64,000 nt of DNA. It comes from an uncultured Gemmatimonadales bacterium (GTDB taxonomy: Bacteria; Gemmatimonadota; Gemmatimonadetes; Longimicrobiales; Longimicrobiaceae). Positions 53,462-61,537 of the stretch are shown in pieces. Both the position numbers and the translations under genes were made by a program. The DNA lies in contig OY970303.1 in NCBI GenBank assembly GCA_963716255.1, positions 5,600,001-5,664,000 of the forward strand, given 5' to 3'. The notes below the pieces were generated by a model, which saw nothing but the letters and a program-made list of their open reading frames with translations, was not told the DNA's origin and did no database searches. Numbering within the stretch: position 1 is the stretch's first letter; every line of letters starts with the position of its first letter.

Positions 53462-54304
53462 ATGAGCGACCTGTCCTTCCCGCTGTCCGCGGCCTCCGTG
53501 TCCGCCGCCCCTCCTCTGACCGTCTCTCCCGCGTCCGTGCCGGCGCGGACGGCGTGCGCCAGCTGCGGCCGGGCGCTGCTGGGCGATTTCTGCCACGGCT
53601 GCGGGCAGCGTGTGCAGGCGGGGCGGCTCACGCTGCGGACCGTCGCGGCGCACCTGGTGACGGATGCGTTCGACCTGAACCGGGGGCTGCTCTTCACGGC
53701 GGCGGCGCTGTTCCGGCGGCCGGGCGAGGCGGTGCGCGAGTACCTGGGCGGCGCGACGGTGCGCTACACCAACCCGGTGAAGTACCTGCTGGTGCTGGCG
53801 GCGCTGCTGGTGCTGGTGATGGTGCGGCTCGACGTCTTCGAGGCGCAGATGCAGGCGATCTCCGGGGTCCCCGTGCAGGAGTCGGCGCAGGCGCAGCGGA
53901 TGCAGGCGGAGCTGAGCGCGTGGGTCAGCCGGCACATGAACCTGCTGATGATCGGCGGGGTGCCGGTGATCGCCTGGCTGTCGCGGCGGTTCTTCCGGTC
54001 CGCGGGGTTCACCTACGCGGAGCACCTGGTGTTCAACGTGTTCGCGTACGCCCAGATGTGCCTGCTCTCCCTGCTCGCGCTGCCGCTGACGCACGCGGCC
54101 GGGCTGGGGGGTGGGGGGATGATGGCGGCGTCGCTCGTCAACGTCGGCTACTACGTGTGGGCGCTGGCCTCGTTCACCCGCGCGCGCCCGCTGCGGGGCG
54201 TCCTGGGCGGGGTCGCCGTGCAGGCGCTTGGGGTGATGGCGGTGGCGCTGCTGGGCGGCGTCGCCGGGGCCGTCTACGCGGTGGTGGTGCTGTCGGCGAG
54301 GTGA
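53462..54304 (+). CDS. DUF3667-like zinc-ribbon membrane protein (tandem paralog)
   Basis: CASCG..GDFCHGCGQ; shares AHLVTDAFDLNRGLLFTAAALFR with the upstream gene. Confidence 0.82.
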   Translation: MSDLSFPLSAASVSAAPPLTVSPASVPARTACASCGRALLGDFCHGCGQRVQAGRLTLRTVAAHLVTDAFDLNRGLLFTAAALFRRPGEAVREYLGGATVRYTNPVKYLLVLAALLVLVMVRLDVFEAQMQAISGVPVQESAQAQRMQAELSAWVSRHMNLLMIGGVPVIAWLSRRFFRSAGFTYAEHLVFNVFAYAQMCLLSLLALPLTHAAGLGGGGMMAASLVNVGYYVWALASFTRARPLRGVLGGVAVQALGVMAVALLGGVAGAVYAVVVLSAR

Positions 54305-54433
54305 CGGCGGTGCCGCGACGCCGGGAGGCGTCACGGAAGACGGGCCATGCGGCACGTGAACGCGCCCCCGCCGGGATCTCCCGGCGGGGGCGTCGTCGTG
54401 GGCGCGCTGCCGGCGGCGTCCGCCGCCCTCCTC

Positions 54434-54790
54434 CTACCAGCCTCCTCCGCAGGTCTCCCGGTGCTCCGGCCGGGTCTTCTCGCCGTACGCCGCCCGCACT
54501 TTCCGGCCGGAGGCGAACACCATCCCCACGCACAGCACCAGCAGCAGCGCCGCCGACCGGCTTCGCCTTCGGCCGCGGAGGAGCACGGCGTGGTAGACGG
54601 CTCCGGCGGCATAGACCACCAGGGATGGGACGGCGAAGAGCATGACGCCCAGCGGGCCGTCGCAGTCGACGGCGCCGCGGATCCCCTGGTCCGCGTATTC
54701 GTTCGCGGACAGGATCCAGCCGAACAACGCGACGGGCAGAACGAGGACGACGAGCAGAGACACGGCCCGTCCAGCCGGTCTTCTCATCAT
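54434..54790 (-). CDS. Small 3-TM hypothetical membrane protein
   Basis: Three hydrophobic segments; DCDGP motif. Confidence 0.6.
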   Translation of the reverse strand: MMRRPAGRAVSLLVVLVLPVALFGWILSANEYADQGIRGAVDCDGPLGVMLFAVPSLVVYAAGAVYHAVLLRGRRRSRSAALLLVLCVGMVFASGRKVRAAYGEKTRPEHRETCGGGW

Positions 54791-54869
54791 GGACCAGTGT
54801 CGTTGCATCGAAGTGAAAGTCTCCCCGGCACGATCATCCCTGTCTCTGAAGAGGGTCTGTCCCGCGCGA

Positions 54870-55045
54870 TCAGTCCTGGAACTTCCGCCGTTCCACCATC
54901 CGGCGGGCGCCCTTGCGGCCACCGGGGAGCCAGGCGGGGCGCTCGGGGGCGTCCGCGACGGCGTGGGCGAGCAGGAACGCCAGACGCGCGACGCGGGCCG
55001 TCTTGTCGGCGTCGAAGGCGTCCGGCTCGGCGGAGGGGGGCTGGG
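54870..55045 (-). pseudogene. Remnant 3' end of an M28 peptidase paralog
   Basis: Translates ..EPDAFDADKTARVARLAFLLAHAVADAPERPAW..KFQD*, matching EKIDADKTARIARLVFLLTHAVADSPQRPSW of the neighbouring M28 gene. Confidence 0.8.
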
Positions 55046-55171
55046 AGCCCCGGCGCGGACGGCGTGCGTGGGGAGGCGCACCGCGTTTGCCGACCGGGCC
55101 ACCTGCGCGGCCACGTCGCGGTCCCCGGCGGCATCGAGCCGCGCGAAGCGCGGGCGCGGCAAGGGACCTTC

Positions 55172-55308
55172 GCGTGAGGGATTACGGCCCGAAGGGGCGA
55201 GACCCGGGCGGCTGTTTGCCCAGGGCTCGACTCCGTTACGCACGGTTGTATCGTGCGTTACGGAGCCGAAGCCCGACCCCGGCGCCAGCCGGGGGCACGC
55301 CCAAACCC
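55172..55308 (+). repeat. Family A repeat, copy 12
   Basis: Inner stem ACGCACG/CGTGCGT. Confidence 0.95.
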
Positions 55309-55325
55309 GTCGTGCAGAAGCAGTT

Positions 55326-56909
55326 CTAGAACGGCGACCGCTCCAGCTTCCGGCGAACCCGCTCCAGCCCATCCCCCTGCCAGCTCGGACGCTGCGGCGA
55401 ATCGGCGACGGCGTGGGTGAGCAGGAACACCAGCCGCGCGATGCGGGCGGTCTTGTCGGCGTCGATCTTCTCGACCTCGTCGGACTGCGCGTGGTAGTCC
55501 GGGTGGATCAGGGTGGTGAAGAAGATGGCCGGCACGTCGCGCTTGAGGAACGCGATGTGGTCGCTGCGGAAGAAGAACTCTTCGTGCGGCAGCGGGTCCG
55601 GGGCGATGGCCAGGCCCAGCGACGGGTTCGTGGCGACGATGCGGTGCGCGAGGGGGCCCATGGTGGTGTACTCCTCGCCGATGGCGACGACGCTGTCGGG
55701 GGCGTTGCGGCCCACCATGTCGATGTTGACGTTGGCGGCCACGCGCCCGATGGGAATGGTGGGGTGCTCGCCGAACCAGCGGGAGCCCACCAACCCCTTT
55801 TCCTCGCCGCTCACGGCCAGCACCACCACGGAGCGCGCGGGCCGGCGCTCCAGCCGGGAGAGGGCGCGCGCCACCTCCACGATCACGGCGGTGCCGCTGG
55901 CGTCGTCGTCGGCGCCGTTGAAGATGGAGTCGCCCTGGGCGTTGGGGGCGCCCACGCCCACGTGGTCGAAGTGGGCGCTGATGACCACGTATTCGTCGCG
56001 CAGCACGGGGTCGCTGCCGGGGAGCACGGCGACGACGTTGGGGACGGGGTGCTCGACGCGGCGGATGGGGGCGCGCAGCCGCAGGGTGCCGGGGAGCGTG
56101 ACGGGGGCGGCGGGCGGGGCCGCGAGCGCGCCGGCGGAGGCCCCGGCGGCGCGCAGCAGCGGCCCGGCGGCGGCGGCGGTGATCCCCACGGCGGGGATGG
56201 GCATCTCGAAGGAGGCCTTGCCGAGCTGGCCGGCGATGGAGGCCACGGCCTCGGCGGGGAGCGACGGGTCGAGCACGAACACGATCCCCACGGCGCCGGC
56301 GCGCCGGGCGTCGATGGGGGCCATGAGGAGGTCCATCCCCAGCTGCGGGCCCATCGTCACCACGGCTACCTTGCCGGCGAGCGCGTCGGGGATGCTGTCG
56401 CTGAGGCGCGCGACGGGGCCCACGAGCACGGCCTGTCCGGCGGCGGAGTCGGCGGCGGAGGGGACGACGAACAGGTCGCGCGCGTAGGCCAGGGCGGGGG
56501 CGCCGCGCGCGCCGGCCACCGTGATGCCGACGCGGGCGGAGTCGGGCGCCATCTTCCACAGCGGGTAGCGCTGGAGGTAGCTCCCGGCGTCGCCGGCGGG
56601 CTGGAGGCCCATGCCGCGCAGCTCGGCCGCCAGGTACTCGGCGGCGCGCTCCAGCTCGGGGCTGGGCGTGTCGCGGCCGCGCATGGCGTCGCTCGCCAGG
56701 AAGGCGATGCGATCGCGCACGGAGGCGGCGGTGATGCCGTCGGCGGCCTGGCGCAGCACGGCGCTGTCGACGCCGGCTGCCGTTGCGGCGGCGGGCGAGG
56801 CGATGGTGGAGGGCTGCGGGGCGGGGGCGGTGGTTGTAGCGGGCGGTGCGGCGCAGGCGGCCAGCAGGAGCGCGGCGGCGGCGCGGGGGAGGTGGCGTGC
56901 GGTGGTCAT
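55326..56909 (-). CDS. M28 family peptidase lipoprotein (PA-like insert)
   Basis: Lipobox LAAC; SAHFDH, NGADDDASG, GEEKGLVGS, NIDM, RSDH, DYH. Confidence 0.92.
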   Translation of the reverse strand: MTTARHLPRAAAALLLAACAAPPATTTAPAPQPSTIASPAAATAAGVDSAVLRQAADGITAASVRDRIAFLASDAMRGRDTPSPELERAAEYLAAELRGMGLQPAGDAGSYLQRYPLWKMAPDSARVGITVAGARGAPALAYARDLFVVPSAADSAAGQAVLVGPVARLSDSIPDALAGKVAVVTMGPQLGMDLLMAPIDARRAGAVGIVFVLDPSLPAEAVASIAGQLGKASFEMPIPAVGITAAAAGPLLRAAGASAGALAAPPAAPVTLPGTLRLRAPIRRVEHPVPNVVAVLPGSDPVLRDEYVVISAHFDHVGVGAPNAQGDSIFNGADDDASGTAVIVEVARALSRLERRPARSVVVLAVSGEEKGLVGSRWFGEHPTIPIGRVAANVNIDMVGRNAPDSVVAIGEEYTTMGPLAHRIVATNPSLGLAIAPDPLPHEEFFFRSDHIAFLKRDVPAIFFTTLIHPDYHAQSDEVEKIDADKTARIARLVFLLTHAVADSPQRPSWQGDGLERVRRKLERSPF

Positions 56910-57115
56910 GGGTCCGGTTCTGGAGGTGCCGTGGAGGGACGAGGCGCGCGTGGTATGATCGGCGGGCGGGGGCGGCGCGGCAAGGAGCGGGGGACAGGAC
57001 GCGGTGGGGCGGGGCAGGGCGGAGGGGTGGATGATGCTGGCGCGGAGAGTGTAAACAGTGTATCGTTTCGACCCGGCCAATCTTCCATCCATCTTCCTCC
57101 GATAAGGACCGACTC

Positions 57116-57566
57116 ATGACCCGGCTGCACATATTTCTCGCCAGCTCGCTCCTGTGCCTCGGCGTAAGCGCATGCGGCGACGCCTCGCTCCTCGCGCCGC
57201 AGGCTCCCCGCTTCGATGGCGGCTCCACGATTGGCACCGGCCACCGGACGGAGAGCGACACAACCGCTGCCACGGAGCGCGGGATACACACTGTCGGTTC
57301 GGGAAGCCGCGTCGTCGGAATCGCCACGGAGGAGCCCACGACGGAGCGGGGTGGCTTCGGCATCGGCTCGGGCAACCGAACGGAGACCACGGACACCGCG
57401 GAGCGCGGGGGATACACTGCTGGCTCCGGGAACAGCTACCGAGAGCGCCACGACGGATATGACGGAGCGCGGCGGAGGTAGCTTTGGCTCCGGCAACAGG
57501 ACCGAGACTACGACGACCACTACCACTACTGAGCGCGGCGGGCACGGCTTCGGATCGGGCAACTAG
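57116..57566 (+). CDS. Multi-core peptide precursor lipoprotein 1 (6 cores; frameshift at 57434)
   Basis: Lipobox VSAC20; cores GGSTIGTGH, GIHTVGSGS, GGFGIGSGN, GGYTAGSGN, then in the +1 frame GGGSFGSGN and GGHGFGSGN*. Confidence 0.8.
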
Positions 57567-57628
57567 GCTTCCACACTGGCGGATCAGCGGAGGCTGGTTC
57601 GCCCACTCACCCGTACAGGGACAGCCCC

Positions 57629-58096
57629 ATGAAAAAGCTGCACACCGTCCTCGTCACGTCCCTGCTGTGCCTCAGTGCTACCGCCTGCGACGACTCCTCA
57701 TTGCTCGCACCGGAAAGTCCTCGCTTCGATGGCGGCTCCACTTTCGGTAGTGGCAACCGAACGGAGACCACGAGCACCACGGAGACAACCAGCGACGGGA
57801 GTACCACGGGTCGAGGCGGCTACACTTTCGGTGGTGGGAACCGGACCGAAGGCACCACTGCCTCCATGGAGACGACCACCGGCGGGGAGGTTACCGAGCG
57901 GGGCGGACATACATACGGGTCAGGCAACCGGACCGACGTCACGACGATGACCTCCACATCTTCCGCCACGATGGCGACCGACGCCACTACAGAGCGTGGC
58001 GGCTTCACGTTCGGGTCCGGCAATCGAACTGAGTCCACGACGACTACCAGCACGACGACTGAGCGCGGGGGACACACATTCGGGTCAGGCAACTAG
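57629..58096 (+). CDS. Multi-core peptide precursor lipoprotein 2 (5 cores)
   Basis: Lipobox ATAC20; GGSTFGSGN, GGYTFGGGN, GGHTYGSGN, GGFTFGSGN, GGHTFGSGN* with Thr/Glu spacers. Confidence 0.88.
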   Translation: MKKLHTVLVTSLLCLSATACDDSSLLAPESPRFDGGSTFGSGNRTETTSTTETTSDGSTTGRGGYTFGGGNRTEGTTASMETTTGGEVTERGGHTYGSGNRTDVTTMTSTSSATMATDATTERGGFTFGSGNRTESTTTTSTTTERGGHTFGSGN

Positions 58097-58126
58097 GTTT
58101 TCGCGGCGGGAAATCAGCGGTGGCTG

Positions 58127-58159
58127 AAAAAGCCCCGGGTCGCACTGCCCCGGGGCTTT
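58127..58159. terminator. Intrinsic terminator (stronger U-tail on the minus strand)
   Basis: AAAAAGCCCCGGG-loop-CCCGGGGCTTT, 11-bp inverted repeat. Confidence 0.7.
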
Positions 58160-58291
58160 GGGCGTCCGCACTCGATTTTGGCCTGATCCGCCCTACGAAA
58201 GTAGACAGAGTTGCTGGCGGATTGCATGCGGATGGGATAACGTTGAAGCGCGGCTCGCTTCGCCGCTTATCCCCCTCACAAGGATGGAACC

Positions 58292-58519
58292 ATGAAGATT
58301 CGGTGCACCCTGTTGGCGGCTTGCATGCTGTGCCTTGGCCTGGCTGCCTGCGGTGACTCCTCGCTCCTCACGCCGCAAGGTCCCCGCTTCGACGGCGGCT
58401 CCACCGCAGGGTCTGGCAACCGGTACTCAGACACAACAACCGCCATCTCGACAACAGAGACGACGGTCATGAGCATTCCGGCGCAGCGGGGAGGTTCCAC
58501 TGCTGGTTCTGGGAACTAA
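58292..58519 (+). CDS. Multi-core peptide precursor lipoprotein 3 (two identical GGSTAGSGN cores)
   Basis: Lipobox LAAC20; same leader as precursors 1 and 2; stop overlaps the TPR gene stop. Confidence 0.88.
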   Translation: MKIRCTLLAACMLCLGLAACGDSSLLTPQGPRFDGGSTAGSGNRYSDTTTAISTTETTVMSIPAQRGGSTAGSGN

Positions 58520-59844
58520 CAGTTTACGTCCACCGTTGTAGTGCTTCGCTTTGTAGGATCGGCCCCAGGCATGAGGTTGTCTGGGGCTCTCCATTTTTTC
58601 AGGCGTACTTCGAAACGGAGGTTAATCGTCTGAAGCCGTTCGTGGTTAAGCGGATGGTCCTCGACAGGAGCCGTATCCCGGACGGCAAGCCTCTTGAGAA
58701 GGTGAAATGCAACTCGCTCCTCTCCGCCATCCTTCCTCACACGCGCGATTTCAAGCGCCTTTGAAGCGAATTGCTCAGCTTTATCCCATTCACAGAAAGC
58801 CCAAGAACCCTCCGCAAGACCGTTCAATGCCGATGGAGCGAACTCTTGGTGCCGATCGACCAATTGAAGCACCAAGTTCTCGGCATTCCTGAAAATATCT
58901 TCTTGTCGCGCTCCCGCAGCTGCACGGGCGAGGTTGCCCCACACCAAGGTTTGGAGTGTCGGGGAATGAACGCATGGTAAGGCCATCCCCAGGAGGTGCA
59001 TTGCAGGCGAGTAGAAGCGGCGCCGTATCAAGAGGAAGGCCCAATCTTGAGCTAGCAAGGGTATCCGCGGGTGGCGAATCGGATAATAATCAAGTGCTTT
59101 TCGAGCGTGCCTCTCGCCAATCCTGAACTCACCAACTTCTGCAGCAATGCTCAGCAGGTCGTGGTGCGCCTCTCCCGCCTGTCGCTTCCTGCCGGTGTAG
59201 ATTGCTCGCCGCGCCGCCCTCTCCAAAAATTTCCTTCCCTCCTCGTGCTGCCCTAAGTCTTTCATCAGGTTGCCGTAGCCGATCTGCGCCCGGATGACTT
59301 CTTCCGGAGTGTCGAACCGCGCCCCCAGCCCGTAGCCGCGGTGGTACCAGCTCGACGCCCGCTCGTCCTTCGCCGCCCTGCGGCACATTCGCCCCGCGTC
59401 GTTGGCCCACGCCGGATCGTCCGGGTCCGCGAACGCCGCCGCCTCCGCGAACAGCATCGCCACCTCGATCAGCGACCGCTCCTCCGCCCACTCGTGCACC
59501 TGGTGGCACGCCTCCGCGAGCTGCCGCGCCTCCACCCGCCCCGGCGCCCGCACGAGAACGGAGAACGTCCCGAACGCCTCCACCAATCCCGGCGCCAGCC
59601 CGCACGCCGCCCCCAGCCGCTCGCACGCCTCCTTCCTGTTGATCGCAAAGAGCCCCGCGCGCCCCTCCGGCGGCGTCTCCGCCCACGCGCGCACCTTGCG
59701 CAGCACGCGCCAGAAGGCGACCGCCAGCTCCGGGCCCGCCTCCTCCAGCGACGCCATCTCCCGCGTCCAGTCGAGGATGGGCGGCGGAGGCGTGATGGTG
59801 CGCAGGCGCCCGGGGCGCGGAGCGAGGGAGATGGCGTGACTCAT
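58516..59844 (-). CDS. TPR-like helical protein (paralog 2), candidate peptide receptor
   Basis: WAETPPEGRAGLF, CHQVHEWAEER, FAEAAAFADPDDP, HPRIPLLAQDWA; TPR-like helices. Confidence 0.82.
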   Translation of the reverse strand: MSHAISLAPRPGRLRTITPPPPILDWTREMASLEEAGPELAVAFWRVLRKVRAWAETPPEGRAGLFAINRKEACERLGAACGLAPGLVEAFGTFSVLVRAPGRVEARQLAEACHQVHEWAEERSLIEVAMLFAEAAAFADPDDPAWANDAGRMCRRAAKDERASSWYHRGYGLGARFDTPEEVIRAQIGYGNLMKDLGQHEEGRKFLERAARRAIYTGRKRQAGEAHHDLLSIAAEVGEFRIGERHARKALDYYPIRHPRIPLLAQDWAFLLIRRRFYSPAMHLLGMALPCVHSPTLQTLVWGNLARAAAGARQEDIFRNAENLVLQLVDRHQEFAPSALNGLAEGSWAFCEWDKAEQFASKALEIARVRKDGGEERVAFHLLKRLAVRDTAPVEDHPLNHERLQTINLRFEVRLKKWRAPDNLMPGADPTKRSTTTVDVNC

Positions 59845-59996
59845 TGTGTCATGACGGATGGAGTGGCGGGCCGCACCCTAGCCGACAGATTAACGGGAAG
59901 CCGCCTCCGACGCCATATTTTGCACCGGCGCGCACCGCTCCGAACGGGAACCTTTCCGTATCACACCCCGGAGTCAAAGGGCAAACTCGCCACAGC

Positions 59997-61265
59997 TCAC
60001 TCGCCGCAGCGGGGCCCGTGCGGCGTCCCGATCCACTGCATCCCGCCTCCTCGCCCCCAGACGTCCTCCAGGAACGCCTCCGCCTCCGCCTGCGCGTCCG
60101 CCTCGCCGACGGCGATCGCCGCTTCCAGCGCCCGCTGCCCCGCGTACTCCGCCATCGCCCACCGCTCCGCCGCGGCCGCCGCCCTGCCCAGCGCCAGCAG
60201 GACCGCCGCGCGCCCGCCGGTCCGAGGCGCGTGCCGCCCCAGGAGCTCCCAGGCGCGCGTCCACGCCCGGTCGAACTCCTCCGTCGCGCCCGCCTCCGCC
60301 GCCTCCTGCGCCACCACCGCCAGCAGCCGCGCCCGCTCCGGCCCCGGCCCGCGGAAGGGAAGCGCTTCCCCCGGCCCGCCGAGCACCGAGGCGCCCAGGT
60401 CGCGCGTCCTGCGGAAGCGGATCCAGTCGCGCAGCAGCTCCGGCGCGCGCGGGTGCGCCGACCCGTAGCGCAGCAGCGCGCCGCGCGCCAGCGCGTCCGC
60501 GTCGTCCGTGGTGGCGCCCGTGCGCGCCAGGTCGAACAGCCCGTGCATGGCCGCCGCCATCTCCCGCACCAGCCCGCTCCGCCGCGCCCGCCCCACCGCC
60601 GACAGGTAGAAGCGTCGCGCCTGCACCGCCTGGCGCCGCCCCGCGTAGATGCGCCCCAGCCCCAGGCACGCCCTCGTGGCCGCGGGGTTCGCCTCCGCCC
60701 GGCGCGCCAGCACCAGGGCGCGCCGCAGCCAGCTTTCCGCGCGCGCTCCGTCGCCGCGGCGCAGCGCCAGCGTCCCCACCTCCAGCGCCGCGGCGGGGTC
60801 GTCCGGCGTGGCCAGCGCCGCCGCCTGCGCGAAGGCCAGCCCCGTCGCCGGGGCGCCGCGCTCCGTCGCCCACGCCGAGATCCCCAGGCATGCAGCGGCC
60901 ACCGCAGCCGGGTCCGCGCCACCCGGGTCGCGCAGGAGCAGCGCCGCCAGCGACAGCAGCGCGACCGCCGGCCCGGGCTCCACCCCCGCGCGGCCGAGCG
61001 CCGCCAGCCGCCGCGGCAGCGCCCCCGCCGCGAAGACGCGGGCGCGGTCCCGCGGCGGTGTGGCCGCCCACAGGTGCACGTCGTGCAGCGCCAGCCATAG
61101 CGCCGCGCCGGCCGGGCCGCGGAAGTCGTCCAGCAGCTCCGCGCCGGGGAGCGTTTCCCCCGGGGCGTGCAGCAGCGCCGGCGGGGGCGGGGAAAGGCGC
61201 CCCGGCCGCAGCGTCGCGCGGGTGCGCCGCGAGCGCCCGGAGGGGTGGGTGGGTGTGGCGGCCAT
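59997..61265 (-). CDS. TPR-like helical protein (paralog 3)
   Basis: WAATPPRDRARVF, CLGISAWATER, FAQAAALATPDDP, HPRAPELLRDW. Confidence 0.8.
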   Translation of the reverse strand: MAATPTHPSGRSRRTRATLRPGRLSPPPPALLHAPGETLPGAELLDDFRGPAGAALWLALHDVHLWAATPPRDRARVFAAGALPRRLAALGRAGVEPGPAVALLSLAALLLRDPGGADPAAVAAACLGISAWATERGAPATGLAFAQAAALATPDDPAAALEVGTLALRRGDGARAESWLRRALVLARRAEANPAATRACLGLGRIYAGRRQAVQARRFYLSAVGRARRSGLVREMAAAMHGLFDLARTGATTDDADALARGALLRYGSAHPRAPELLRDWIRFRRTRDLGASVLGGPGEALPFRGPGPERARLLAVVAQEAAEAGATEEFDRAWTRAWELLGRHAPRTGGRAAVLLALGRAAAAAERWAMAEYAGQRALEAAIAVGEADAQAEAEAFLEDVWGRGGGMQWIGTPHGPRCGE

Positions 61266-61537
61266 GGGTCCTTGCGGGCGGGTTTTGCGTGCGCATTCCT
61301 GCACGACACGCTAACCTCCGGAAGCCCCTGCCGACCCGGGGACTTCTGTCGGGTTGCGAGTCCGATTGTGGACAGAGTGGACATGTCGCGGAAGCCAACT
61401 GGTCCGGGGTGTCGGCGGCTTTTATGCGCACCCGGGCGCGGCGCCGGACCGTGTCGCCGGACATCGCGCCCGGTACACCTTGTGCAGGGCCGCGCCCCCT
61501 CGCGACCGCGCCACGCCACGCACGACGAGAGGCAGCC

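Noticed and set aside
57116..58519. GG-nonapeptides as RTX calcium-binding repeats or a CRISPR-like array
   Set aside because: RTX repeats need GGxGxDxUx with Asp and are contiguous; these lack Asp and are separated by spacers. Conservation is at protein level with synonymous variation, and no cas genes are present.
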